The translations under genes and the position numbers were made by a program. This document shows positions 1-7,354 of a DNA stretch of 19,135 nucleotides, in pieces. The first letter of the stretch is position 1. The number at the start of each line of letters is the position of its first letter. A model generated the notes under the pieces. That model was not told the DNA's origin. It saw nothing but the letters and a program-made list of their open reading frames with translations, and did no database searches. Source of the DNA: Cyanobacteria bacterium J06626_4 (GTDB lineage: Bacteria > Cyanobacteriota > Cyanobacteriia > Phormidesmidales > Phormidesmidaceae); the NCBI GenBank assembly GCA_038523235.1, contig JBCBJQ010000111.1, forward strand, positions 1 to 19,135. Reading direction: 5' to 3'.

Positions 1-1
1 C

Positions 2-106
2 AGAAAATTCGTTCAGTCGTTTATTCAAGTAATGATAGAAAGCAAAGATTATTTTCAGTCCCGCAAGCAAGTTTTGGAATGGCTTGACGATCAAAAGTTG
101 AGTTGA
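2..106 (+). CDS. Possible 3' end of an AT-rich gene entering from the left (RKFVQSFIQVMIESKDYFQSRKQVLEWLDDQKLS*)
   Basis: Frame 2 is open from the window edge to TGA at 104-106 with a protein-like helical sequence; no family recognised. Confidence 0.35.
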   Translation, partial: RKFVQSFIQVMIESKDYFQSRKQVLEWLDDQKLS

Positions 107-182
107 AATAGTTGAAACTCACAGACGATCTGAGAATTACTAGCAAAGCCGAATATTTGCGATATTGGCAACCACTCGTTTT

Positions 183-207
183 TGCCATGTGCCATTGGCA
201 CATGGCA
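183..207. repeat. Perfect 12-bp inverted repeat with 1-nt spacer (TGCCATGTGCCA-T-TGGCACATGGCA)
   Basis: Read directly; a related TGCCA-GT-TGGCA lies at 297-308. Confidence 0.9.
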
Positions 208-322
208 GAATCCCATAAGACCAATGGTTTCAGCGATTGACCAGGCCTGGTACTGTCACAGCTATCGATAACGAGAGAATGCGGGTTTAGGGCGTGTGCC
301 AGTTGGCAGATTTAAGCCGTTT

Positions 323-691
323 TTAGGCCAATAGGTTGAGCTGCCCGTTTCGCTCAGCCTTGAGCCGCTTCTTTAAAGCCATTTGAGACAGGTCATATCG
401 GCAGTGACAGGGAGCACACCACGCTCTGAGATTGGCGCGATCGCAGTTCTCAGGCCGGTGATCAAGATGAGCGACCGTCAGCACCCAGCGCGTAGGATGC
501 TCCAAATACTCTCTAACCACCGGGCACTCAGACAGGCGATTAGTTTGAATGCGCTCCATGAACTCGAACATCTCTTCATCTGGTCGCTTGCACTCGCGGC
601 CACAGGCTTCGCACTGCCAGTTAGCAGCGGTCTTAACTTCGCTGGCGATCGCTTCCCAGTCACGGGGGTATAGAGAACGATTCCAGGGCAT
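323..691 (-). CDS. HNH endonuclease-family protein (122 aa)
   Basis: CEACG and CAPCH zinc knuckles, LTVAHLDH...N...NL HNH motif; AAGGAG RBS upstream. Confidence 0.88.
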   Translation of the reverse strand: MPWNRSLYPRDWEAIASEVKTAANWQCEACGRECKRPDEEMFEFMERIQTNRLSECPVVREYLEHPTRWVLTVAHLDHRPENCDRANLRAWCAPCHCRYDLSQMALKKRLKAERNGQLNLLA

Positions 692-703
692 GAGGTTAGC
701 TCC

Positions 704-1615
704 TTAAAACTCAGGGACAGTGATCGTGCGGGTGCGGCCCAAGTAGTGCTTGTGAATCACGGCGATGCTGACCCGGCAAAGGTATGAGACCTCAGCGACG
801 TCCATACCGGCCCGCAGCGCTTCCGTGATGAACGTGTGCCGGGCGTGGTACTGAGGCAGGTAGAACGCCACATACCCCCGATCTCGCAAGCTGATGACGG
901 TGGGCCGCCAATGCTTTGTCTGAAAGTTGTGATAGTCGAAGCGCCCGCCCATCGGGCCGGGAAACACAAAATCATTGCGATCGCCGCCGGTGGGATGCTG
1001 CAGCCGCAAAAACTGCTGTAGTCGCGGGTTGCAGGGAAACCGGGTGATTTTGCCGTTCTTGGTGCCCTGTGCCTCCTGCATGTCCACCGGAAACGCCTCC
1101 ATGATGAGGATTTCCCGATAGTCGCTGGCCACATGCTCCCACCGCAGCGCGGCGGCTTCTTCCGGTCTGGCTCCGGTGAGGAACAGGAACCTCACCCAGG
1201 CCAAACCGGGTAGGTAGGTTTTAGCAAACTCCTGAATAATCACGTCGCGCTCGGGAATGGTAAACGCCACCCAGGCCCGATCTGATTGCCGAGGTTTACG
1301 GATTTGGCTAGAAACGCCCTCGAACGGGTTCTTTTCGAGAATGTCTGAGTTCATCGCCCATTTCGTACAAGCGTTGAATTGGACAAGGGTGCGGCGGCTG
1401 ACTTCGTGGCTGTAGTTGGCTAGGAGCCAGTCGCGAATGGCGATCGCGTCTCCCAGGTCGGGGGCTTCAGTGGAGAGCTTGATTAATCGGCGCTCGATGG
1501 CGCGGTAGTCGCGTTTGATGGTCGAGGGGGCAAGCTGGCCAGCCCGGAATGCGGTGTACTTTGACCAAAGCTCAAGCAGTGATGCGAGACTGATCGATCT
1601 CTTGTTGCTGGGCAT
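704..1615 (-). CDS. Tyrosine recombinase/integrase (~303 aa; likely ATG at 1615, not the 1798 ORF start)
   Basis: TGARPEE (R), TKNGK (K), YHARHTF (HxxR), KHY (catalytic Y) and a SAM-like core-binding region ending NPF; the start overlaps the primase stop. Confidence 0.92.
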   Translation of the reverse strand: MPSNKRSISLASLLELWSKYTAFRAGQLAPSTIKRDYRAIERRLIKLSTEAPDLGDAIAIRDWLLANYSHEVSRRTLVQFNACTKWAMNSDILEKNPFEGVSSQIRKPRQSDRAWVAFTIPERDVIIQEFAKTYLPGLAWVRFLFLTGARPEEAAALRWEHVASDYREILIMEAFPVDMQEAQGTKNGKITRFPCNPRLQQFLRLQHPTGGDRNDFVFPGPMGGRFDYHNFQTKHWRPTVISLRDRGYVAFYLPQYHARHTFITEALRAGMDVAEVSYLCRVSIAVIHKHYLGRTRTITVPEF

Positions 1616-3932
1616 CGGTGAGGGCGTTCTTTTGGATGAGCTGAATCTCGGCGCGGTTTTTGGTTTGGGTGACGACCCAATCGGGGCTCCAAAGCACATA
1701 GGTATCGGGGCCAGTGGCAGGGGAGTTCCACTCGATGACGTAGGCTTTTTTGTACATGAGGGCACCGGTGATAATCTCCACCAGGTCACCAAACCCAATT
1801 AGCTCAGCATCCATTGAGGTATTCAATGATTCGTCAGTTAACGATAGATGCTTCTCTTGACTTCCGGTACTCTTAGGAAATGGTCGGGCTAGGTCGTCCG
1901 GTTGTCCCGACTCGTTCAAACCCCGGTCAGCAGTGGGGGATTTTTCGCTTTTTTCGAGAGGTTGTCCAGGGGGTTGGTCGGGGGGTTGTCCCTGAGGTTG
2001 TCCACCTTGCTCTATAGGGCTTACACCCTTATCTGGACAACCTGGACAATCTACATAGCTAAACTTAGGATTCTTCCAAACTCGCACCCTACGACCGTGG
2101 ACGACCTCTCTGCCCGACCCCCAACCACTCCCCTTGAGTAGGTTGGTTACCCGCATCTCTGATCGCTTGTCCATCTGGTGAAGTTCGAGCTTGAGGACAT
2201 TTGTCAAGAGTTCTGCAACGGTAACTTTACGCTTCTCAGTGCAGTAGGCAAAGATGACATCTTCCCACGGGTCAGAAGAGGTGTAATTGCTCGCATCCGC
2301 ACTGGCGACTTGACGCATCTCATCGGGCAGCACCCACTTCTCACCCCCTTTGAAGGCATGAACCGCCGCCGCCCAAATGCGATCGCGTTCAGTGGCGAGC
2401 TGGTCAAGGGGGATTTGCGCGTGAACGATGGGAATCACCCAGTAGCGCCGGTTGCCGGTGGGGTCAGCCAGAAACTCGGTTTCATTGGTGCTGCCGACGA
2501 TGATGGAAGGGCGCTGCATCTCTAAGATGTCGCGGCCATAGGGGGGCCGTACCTGGTCGGCCTGCGTCGTGATGAATGCCTTCACCGCGCTGATGTCCTT
2601 GCGTTTGAAGATGGCCTCTAACTCTGCCCACTCCACAAACCAGGACTGATGCAGTTTCAGCCGCTCATCTTTGTCGCTGGCATTGGTCACGGTGTCATCG
2701 AACCAGGGTTCTGACGCAAGCACCTTCCAGAACGTTGACTTGCCGCACCCCTGCAGCCCCTGCAGGATGCAAACCGTATCGACTTTGCAACCCGGCGTCA
2801 GCGCTCGCGCCACGGCACTGATCAGCGTTTTGCGGAGAAAGGTCTTATGCAGCGCTTCATCGGTGCCAAAGTAGGTCTCTGCCAATGAATCGAGCAGCGC
2901 TTCATCTGCCGGGTACTGTTGGGCGCAATCGTTCAGATACTCAGCCACAGGGCTAAAGCTCTGCTGTTGAGCCAGATACATCGCGATTTGGGCACAGTCT
3001 TCAGTCGGGAGCTGGATGTTATAGGCGATCGCCAACTGCAGCCGCAAAGTCATCAGTTCCACGGTCACACCATCTAACTCGATTTTTCCTTTGAGAGCGT
3101 TCCACCGCAGCCGCCCCTTTAGCCGCTTGGCCACCATTTCATAACGCCGGGCGAGCGTGCAGGTTTCCCCGTCATTGGGTTCGGCGTTGGCCTCGGCCTC
3201 GGCCTTCCACTCTTCAATCGTTTTGGCGATCGCAATGCGATCGCTCACGTTCACGCCATGGGCGATCGCGTCATCAATCCCTTTAAAGCGGTTGTCCCAC
3301 TCCACCACTTCGACGACACATCCTTTCGAGGCGAGCAGCCGCCCCAGGTTGTGCAGCGCGTGACGCACTTCCCGTTTCTCAACGATGTCACGGTCAAACA
3401 TCAACAGGAACTTACGGCCATAGGTGCAAAAGGCTTCTAACTCCGGTCGCAGTCGGCCCAGCTTGGCCCCAGTGGCCACGCCGGGGATGCTAATCGCGGG
3501 AATTTCCGTTGATAGCAGTGCCCCTGCCTTTTTGGCCCCCTCGCAGATAGCGATCGCCTGGTGCACGTTCTCTTTAACGTCTTGCCAGTAGCTGTATTGC
3601 GGCATCTCTAAAAACAGCGGTGAGATGGCCTGTTTGCTGGGGCTGTAGTATTTCAGCGCCTTGCCGGTCTCAGGGTTTTTGGGCGGCTCATCCGGCTTGA
3701 ACTGCACGCCATTCATGATGCGTTCGCCGGTGAGGGGGTGGACGCCAGCGACGGCCCAGCCGGGTACCAACTGCCTCGAATGCTTCCACTTTTTCTTAGT
3801 GTTGCGGTTAAGGATTTGGTCAACCTCTAACGGGTCTTCAATCGTCCACACGTTGCGCTCGATGATTTCAGCAGCAACCTGCGACGCTTCCCATTCCTCG
3901 CGGTGTCTCGTGTGTAGCTCGGTCATGGTCAT
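1572..3932 (-). CDS. Primase-helicase: DUF3854/TOPRIM domain, VapE-like P-loop helicase and a C-terminal KOW/SH3-like domain (786 aa)
   Basis: ICEGAKKAGALLS...AISIPGV, FDRD and KGIDD TOPRIM motifs; Walker A GLQGCGKST, VEWAELE, RPPYGR and GSTN...FLADPTGNRRYW typical of VapE; GDLVEIITG KOW-like motif. Confidence 0.92.
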   Translation of the reverse strand: MTMTELHTRHREEWEASQVAAEIIERNVWTIEDPLEVDQILNRNTKKKWKHSRQLVPGWAVAGVHPLTGERIMNGVQFKPDEPPKNPETGKALKYYSPSKQAISPLFLEMPQYSYWQDVKENVHQAIAICEGAKKAGALLSTEIPAISIPGVATGAKLGRLRPELEAFCTYGRKFLLMFDRDIVEKREVRHALHNLGRLLASKGCVVEVVEWDNRFKGIDDAIAHGVNVSDRIAIAKTIEEWKAEAEANAEPNDGETCTLARRYEMVAKRLKGRLRWNALKGKIELDGVTVELMTLRLQLAIAYNIQLPTEDCAQIAMYLAQQQSFSPVAEYLNDCAQQYPADEALLDSLAETYFGTDEALHKTFLRKTLISAVARALTPGCKVDTVCILQGLQGCGKSTFWKVLASEPWFDDTVTNASDKDERLKLHQSWFVEWAELEAIFKRKDISAVKAFITTQADQVRPPYGRDILEMQRPSIIVGSTNETEFLADPTGNRRYWVIPIVHAQIPLDQLATERDRIWAAAVHAFKGGEKWVLPDEMRQVASADASNYTSSDPWEDVIFAYCTEKRKVTVAELLTNVLKLELHQMDKRSEMRVTNLLKGSGWGSGREVVHGRRVRVWKNPKFSYVDCPGCPDKGVSPIEQGGQPQGQPPDQPPGQPLEKSEKSPTADRGLNESGQPDDLARPFPKSTGSQEKHLSLTDESLNTSMDAELIGFGDLVEIITGALMYKKAYVIEWNSPATGPDTYVLWSPDWVVTQTKNRAEIQLIQKNALTDAQQQEIDQSRITA
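1892..2051. repeat. Iteron-like GGTTGTCC array, putative replication origin inside the primase gene
   Basis: GGTTGTCC at 1900, 1960, 1984 and 1996, variants at 1892 and 1972 (12-bp period from 1960 to 1996), inverted GGACAACC/GGACAATC at 2035 and 2044. Confidence 0.7.
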
Positions 3933-3946
3933 CTCTCAATCGGGTC

Positions 3947-3981
3947 AAAAAAAGGGGCGATCGCCAGTGAGCGATCGCCCT
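3947..3981 (-). terminator. Intrinsic terminator built from two HIP1 sites, upstream of the primase
   Basis: Minus strand GGGCGATCGC-TCACTG-GCGATCGCCC followed by C and T7. Confidence 0.7.
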
Positions 3982-3987
3982 GGTTAA

Positions 3988-4392
3988 TTAGGCTGGCCAA
4001 CTAGACGGAACCATTCCTTCTGTCGGGCTTAAGTACCAGCTTTGTTTGGGTCTCGACTGGGCGGCACGTCGCTCAAGCTGATAGAGCTGCTGCATCGTGG
4101 CGTCAGCAGTGGCGAAGCTTGGGAAGCTGCCGACGACTCTGTGATCGGCAATCCGAGCAATGTGAATCCTAAAGTTTCCCTGGCCGTCGCCGTCTGCCCA
4201 GTCGGTGATGGTGTAGCAATAAGCGTTGCCAGGATGCTGTGGGTCTAGGTGCCAGTGGTGTAGGCCCAATGCTGAGAACGGGTCTTTGGGGGCCGCATTA
4301 GCGGCAATATCGCGAATGTCTTCCATAGAGTTGTAGGTGAATGAAGGATAAGGAAACCGGAGGCGATCGCCCCCGGTTTTTGTTTGTGTCAC
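3988..4392 (-). CDS. Hypothetical protein (134 aa), first gene of the leftward operon
   Basis: ORF fills the gap between the switch region and the primase; GTG start uncertain. Confidence 0.6.
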   Translation of the reverse strand: MTQTKTGGDRLRFPYPSFTYNSMEDIRDIAANAAPKDPFSALGLHHWHLDPQHPGNAYCYTITDWADGDGQGNFRIHIARIADHRVVGSFPSFATADATMQQLYQLERRAAQSRPKQSWYLSPTEGMVPSSWPA

Positions 4393-4479
4393 TCATAGAC
4401 ATGCGTAAATGCATCTCGCTGAGAGAATGGAATATCCCCGAGGCTGCTTCCTACGGCGTCGCCTCGGGGATGTTGTACA

Positions 4480-4528
4480 CACGCAACATTTGCGTGCTAT
4501 CGTAAGGGTAACACGCAAATGTTGCGCG
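4480..4528. promoter_or_regulatory. Two palindromic operators CACGCAA-N3-TTGCG(T/C)G in the divergent promoter region
   Basis: CACGCAACATTTGCGTG at 4480-4496 and CACGCAAATGTTGCGCG at 4512-4528, directly upstream of the XRE gene. Confidence 0.75.
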
Positions 4529-4543
4529 CAACGGATGCGTGTA

Positions 4544-4816
4544 ATGAATTCAAAGAGACCTAGCTTTGTGAAAAGACGGAAAGCTGCAGGCCTTACTCAA
4601 CAACAACTCGCGAATATGGCGCGTGTTGCTGTTCGGACTATTCAAGGGTGGGAGTCAGGGGATTACATTCCCGCTTTGACACCCTTGCAATTTTGGCTGC
4701 TGTGTAGAGCTCTCAAATGTTCTGCTGAAGACTTGGCGCGTGATTTCTTCCCTGAGGAGTTTGAATCAGACGGGGAGTTCGCCGCTGACGTGCCGGGCGA
4801 TTTAGCCCCCAATTAA
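4544..4816 (+). CDS. XRE/Cro-CI family HTH transcriptional regulator (~90 aa; ATG at 4535 or 4544)
   Basis: RRKAAGLTQQQLANMARVAVRTIQGWESG...P...LCRALKCS is a canonical HTH_3 pattern. Confidence 0.92.
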   Translation: MNSKRPSFVKRRKAAGLTQQQLANMARVAVRTIQGWESGDYIPALTPLQFWLLCRALKCSAEDLARDFFPEEFESDGEFAADVPGDLAPN

Positions 4817-4850
4817 AAGCCCCAGTGCAGACGCTATCTACACCGGGGCT
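4815..4850 (-). terminator. Hairpin with T-tract on the minus strand (possible terminator of antisense transcription)
   Basis: Minus strand AGCCCCGGTGTAGA-TAGCG-TCTGCACTGGGGCT-TTT; the two mismatches become G-U pairs only on the minus strand. Confidence 0.45.
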
Positions 4851-4876
4851 GTGTTGTTGCTACTTGAGAATCAATC

Positions 4877-5137
4877 ATGACCATGTTACCCACGACCACG
4901 ATCGACGATGCCCAGACCACAGAGATAAAACGCAACGTCCATCAAGTGATGCTCGCGGCGGCTTATCGCCAGCAGCTAAGCACAATGAAACAGGGCATCT
5001 TCAACTCTCTGCCCGTCGCAGAGCAGGAGATTTCTCAGGCCATTGATCTGCTAGATGAAGCGGGTCTACTGCTCACCGCCTATATCGAACTCGAAGGCAA
5101 TGACCTGATCGAGGCTGTGGGTATCAACGCCGCTTAA
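4877..5137 (+). CDS. Hypothetical helical protein (86 aa)
   Basis: ATG start, amphipathic helical sequence, colinear with the XRE gene. Confidence 0.7.
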   Translation: MTMLPTTTIDDAQTTEIKRNVHQVMLAAAYRQQLSTMKQGIFNSLPVAEQEISQAIDLLDEAGLLLTAYIELEGNDLIEAVGINAA

Positions 5138-5216
5138 CCCCTCTCAATGTTTAGCCCCACCGGAACAGCTTGGACGGCATCCGGTGGGGTGTCCCCGTTT
5201 AAAGGACAGATTAATC

Positions 5217-6104
5217 ATGCCCGATTGCGCAAAATCTAAGCAAACCCGCTACACCGACGGTGATGGCAACGTCTATGAGGTGTTCTGGCTCGAAGGCGAG
5301 CTGGTCTTTGAGAACGGCATCCGTAACATGGAGAGCTGGACACGCACGCCCCCTGGTTGGGTGCTCCATGACAACGGCTATTGCACCTGGGAGAGTGAAC
5401 CGCCGCCCCGTCCCTGGTTAAACACGGAGCCCCAACCCCACACCAATATCGAAGCGATCGCCCCCCAACCACCGGCGACCACTCAGCCCAATATTGCCGG
5501 GGGCAGTGTGGCCGGGGCCGGTGATGGCGGCGGAGCACTGCTCATTTTGTTGGGCATTATTGGGGCCGCTGGTTATGCCTTTTATCAGCAGAAGTTTGGC
5601 AAGACTGATGAACAAATTATGGCTGATGGTTATCACCCGATGAGTGATGCTCCCGCGTTGCCCACCGCCTACACCGATGAACATTTAGATCATGTTTATG
5701 GGCGCGGGCCGTATCCACAGTACCAGGGCATCACGGAGCCGAGTCCGTGGGGGCCAGTCACGCCACCTCCACCACCTCCACCACCAGGCTCCACCTACGT
5801 TCCACCGGTGGAGCCCACCGATTTTTCCACCGGTGGAATGGGTGGTGGAGCGGTACCGGTGGAGCCCAAACAGGCGTTTGAGCAGCAGTGGCTTCCGGCC
5901 CCCGTTCAAGGTTACTTATTGACTGAAGAGAGCCTCATTCCTATCAACAGTCAAGCGAAATGCATCGTGAGAGATGCCATGCGAGCGGGCATTTCTAGAA
6001 ACTTCTTGCTGAACCATGTTTTTAAGGTTTCTAAGAATACTAGAAAGCACGATTTATTGAATCAATTGATTGCTTCCGTTGAGCAGGAGCGAGGCTATGA
6101 GTAA
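5217..6104 (+). CDS. Single-pass membrane protein with Pro-rich linkers and a possible C-terminal HTH (~295 aa)
   Basis: AAAGGA RBS before ATG 5217; TM segment ALLILLGIIGAAGYAFY; poly-Pro tract; C-terminal IVRDAMRAGISRNFLLNHVFKV. Confidence 0.8.
   Translation: MPDCAKSKQTRYTDGDGNVYEVFWLEGELVFENGIRNMESWTRTPPGWVLHDNGYCTWESEPPPRPWLNTEPQPHTNIEAIAPQPPATTQPNIAGGSVAGAGDGGGALLILLGIIGAAGYAFYQQKFGKTDEQIMADGYHPMSDAPALPTAYTDEHLDHVYGRGPYPQYQGITEPSPWGPVTPPPPPPPPGSTYVPPVEPTDFSTGGMGGGAVPVEPKQAFEQQWLPAPVQGYLLTEESLIPINSQAKCIVRDAMRAGISRNFLLNHVFKVSKNTRKHDLLNQLIASVEQERGYE
5768..5868. repeat. TCCACC/GGTGGA motif array including palindromes TCCACCGGTGGA and TTCCACCGGTGGAA
   Basis: TCCACC at 5768, 5777, 5790, 5801 and 5826; GGTGGA at 5807, 5832, 5844 and 5858. 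Confidence 0.65.
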
Positions 6105-6786
6105 GAAAAGAAACCGAACTGGGGCTGGTCGCACCACGGCAGACGGGCGAGTCCGCATCCCTCAGCCTCCAGCGCAACGCATCTCGAAAGGGCGCGTGCA
6201 GCTCATCAAGACCGTGGCCGTCATCGCTGCCGTGGCCCTGACTGCTTACGATGCCTTCGTCAGCTATCAGGGGTTTGGGGCGCTGGCCCTACCCAAACAT
6301 GCCCCCCTGGTGCTGGCCTTGCTCATCTTGGTGGTGCAGTTGGCCAGCGGTGCCATTCAGCAGCTCGGCATGAATCCCTTTCGCGGCGTTGGGGGGTCTG
6401 GCTTTATGGATTTCATCTGGACTTGGGTGCTGGCCAGCGTCTACGTCATCGACGTGGGCAGCAACGCGATCGCCTTTGGTCTTGGGCAATATCTCTCGTT
6501 TTGGGCCGTCATTCGTAACCCGGATAACTTGGGCATGGCCGGAGTGATTCTGATGCTGTCGGCACTGCTCACCTTTGGTGATGAGATTCTGTTGCGCCTG
6601 GTCGATCGGCTCACGGTGGGGGCACGAGCGAATGATGCCAGCGCCGACAAGTCCAACATCGACACCCGCGCTTATCACCGTTATCTCAAGGGCTATGAGC
6701 AACGGGCCATCACCCAAGCTGATCGGGCTGGCCAGAGTGCCACCGTTGACTTTGATTGGCTGCAGCAAGGGGGCACTGATGTTTAG
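6097..6786 (+). CDS. Multi-pass membrane protein (~229 aa, about 4 TM segments, basic N-terminus)
   Basis: GAGG RBS, ATG overlapping the upstream stop, several hydrophobic segments. Confidence 0.85.
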   Translation: MSKKRNRTGAGRTTADGRVRIPQPPAQRISKGRVQLIKTVAVIAAVALTAYDAFVSYQGFGALALPKHAPLVLALLILVVQLASGAIQQLGMNPFRGVGGSGFMDFIWTWVLASVYVIDVGSNAIAFGLGQYLSFWAVIRNPDNLGMAGVILMLSALLTFGDEILLRLVDRLTVGARANDASADKSNIDTRAYHRYLKGYEQRAITQADRAGQSATVDFDWLQQGGTDV

Positions 6787-6797
6787 AAAGGTGATTT

Positions 6798-7001
6798 ATG
6801 CTTCGCTCGATACTCCTCACCCTTTACCAGATGCCCGCGCGAGCGTGGCAATATGGCCAGTGTCGGCCCTACGAAGCGATTGTTTACGGCCTGGTGCTGG
6901 CCGCGCTGGCGATGGTATCTAAGCTGCTATTAGCCTTGCTGGCCTGCGTCGTCGTGGCCAGTGGCATCAAGTCAGCCCTCTCAGTGAGCCGGTTACGATA
7001 G
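6798..7001 (+). CDS. Small membrane protein (67 aa)
   Basis: AAGGTG RBS; long hydrophobic stretch AIVYGLVLAALAMVSKLLLALLACVVVASGI. Confidence 0.65.
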   Translation: MLRSILLTLYQMPARAWQYGQCRPYEAIVYGLVLAALAMVSKLLLALLACVVVASGIKSALSVSRLR

Positions 7002-7021
7002 AAACAGCGACAGGAACCCCC

Positions 7022-7303
7022 ATGACCGACCAAACCATTGACGCCCGTCTCTCTCGCCTCGAAAACCTCATGGTTACCGCTGGCGACATGATGCTTCAAA
7101 CCTCAGAGCTATCACGCCGCAATGCCGAGCAGATTGACCGCAATGCTGAGCAGATTCTGCGGTTAGAACGCACCATGGCTGATTTGACATTGCGATCGGC
7201 TAGCGATCGCGTCGAATTTGAAGAATGGCGTCGCACCACCCAAGCCGCTCTCGAAAAGATTGACCGCGTGCTTGACTACCTTATGCAGCGCGACGGCCAG
7301 TAA
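7022..7303 (+). CDS. Coiled-coil hypothetical protein (93 aa)
   Basis: AGGA RBS; heptad repeats (RNAEQIDRNAEQI); followed by a terminator. Confidence 0.8.
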   Translation: MTDQTIDARLSRLENLMVTAGDMMLQTSELSRRNAEQIDRNAEQILRLERTMADLTLRSASDRVEFEEWRRTTQAALEKIDRVLDYLMQRDGQ

Positions 7304-7324
7304 GCTTGCTCACCGCTCCATGAC

Positions 7325-7354
7325 AGCCGCCCTGCCACACCGGGGCGGTTTTTT
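7325..7354 (+). terminator. Intrinsic terminator between convergent operons
   Basis: AGCCGCCCTG-CCACAC-CGGGGCGGTT running into a T6 tract (7349-7354). Confidence 0.8.

Noticed and set aside
151..160. GAATATTTGC repeated at 18530-18539 as a possible att pair
   Set aside because: A 10-bp match is expected by chance in 19 kb and has no other support
1616..1798. N-terminal extension of the integrase in the ORF track
   Set aside because: Low-complexity Ser/Pro sequence overlapping the primase KOW-like domain; the ATG at 1615 is more plausible
383..3987. Numerous alternative-frame and antisense ORFs over the HNH, integrase and primase genes
   Set aside because: Shadow ORFs of GC-rich coding sequence that overlap genes with clear motifs
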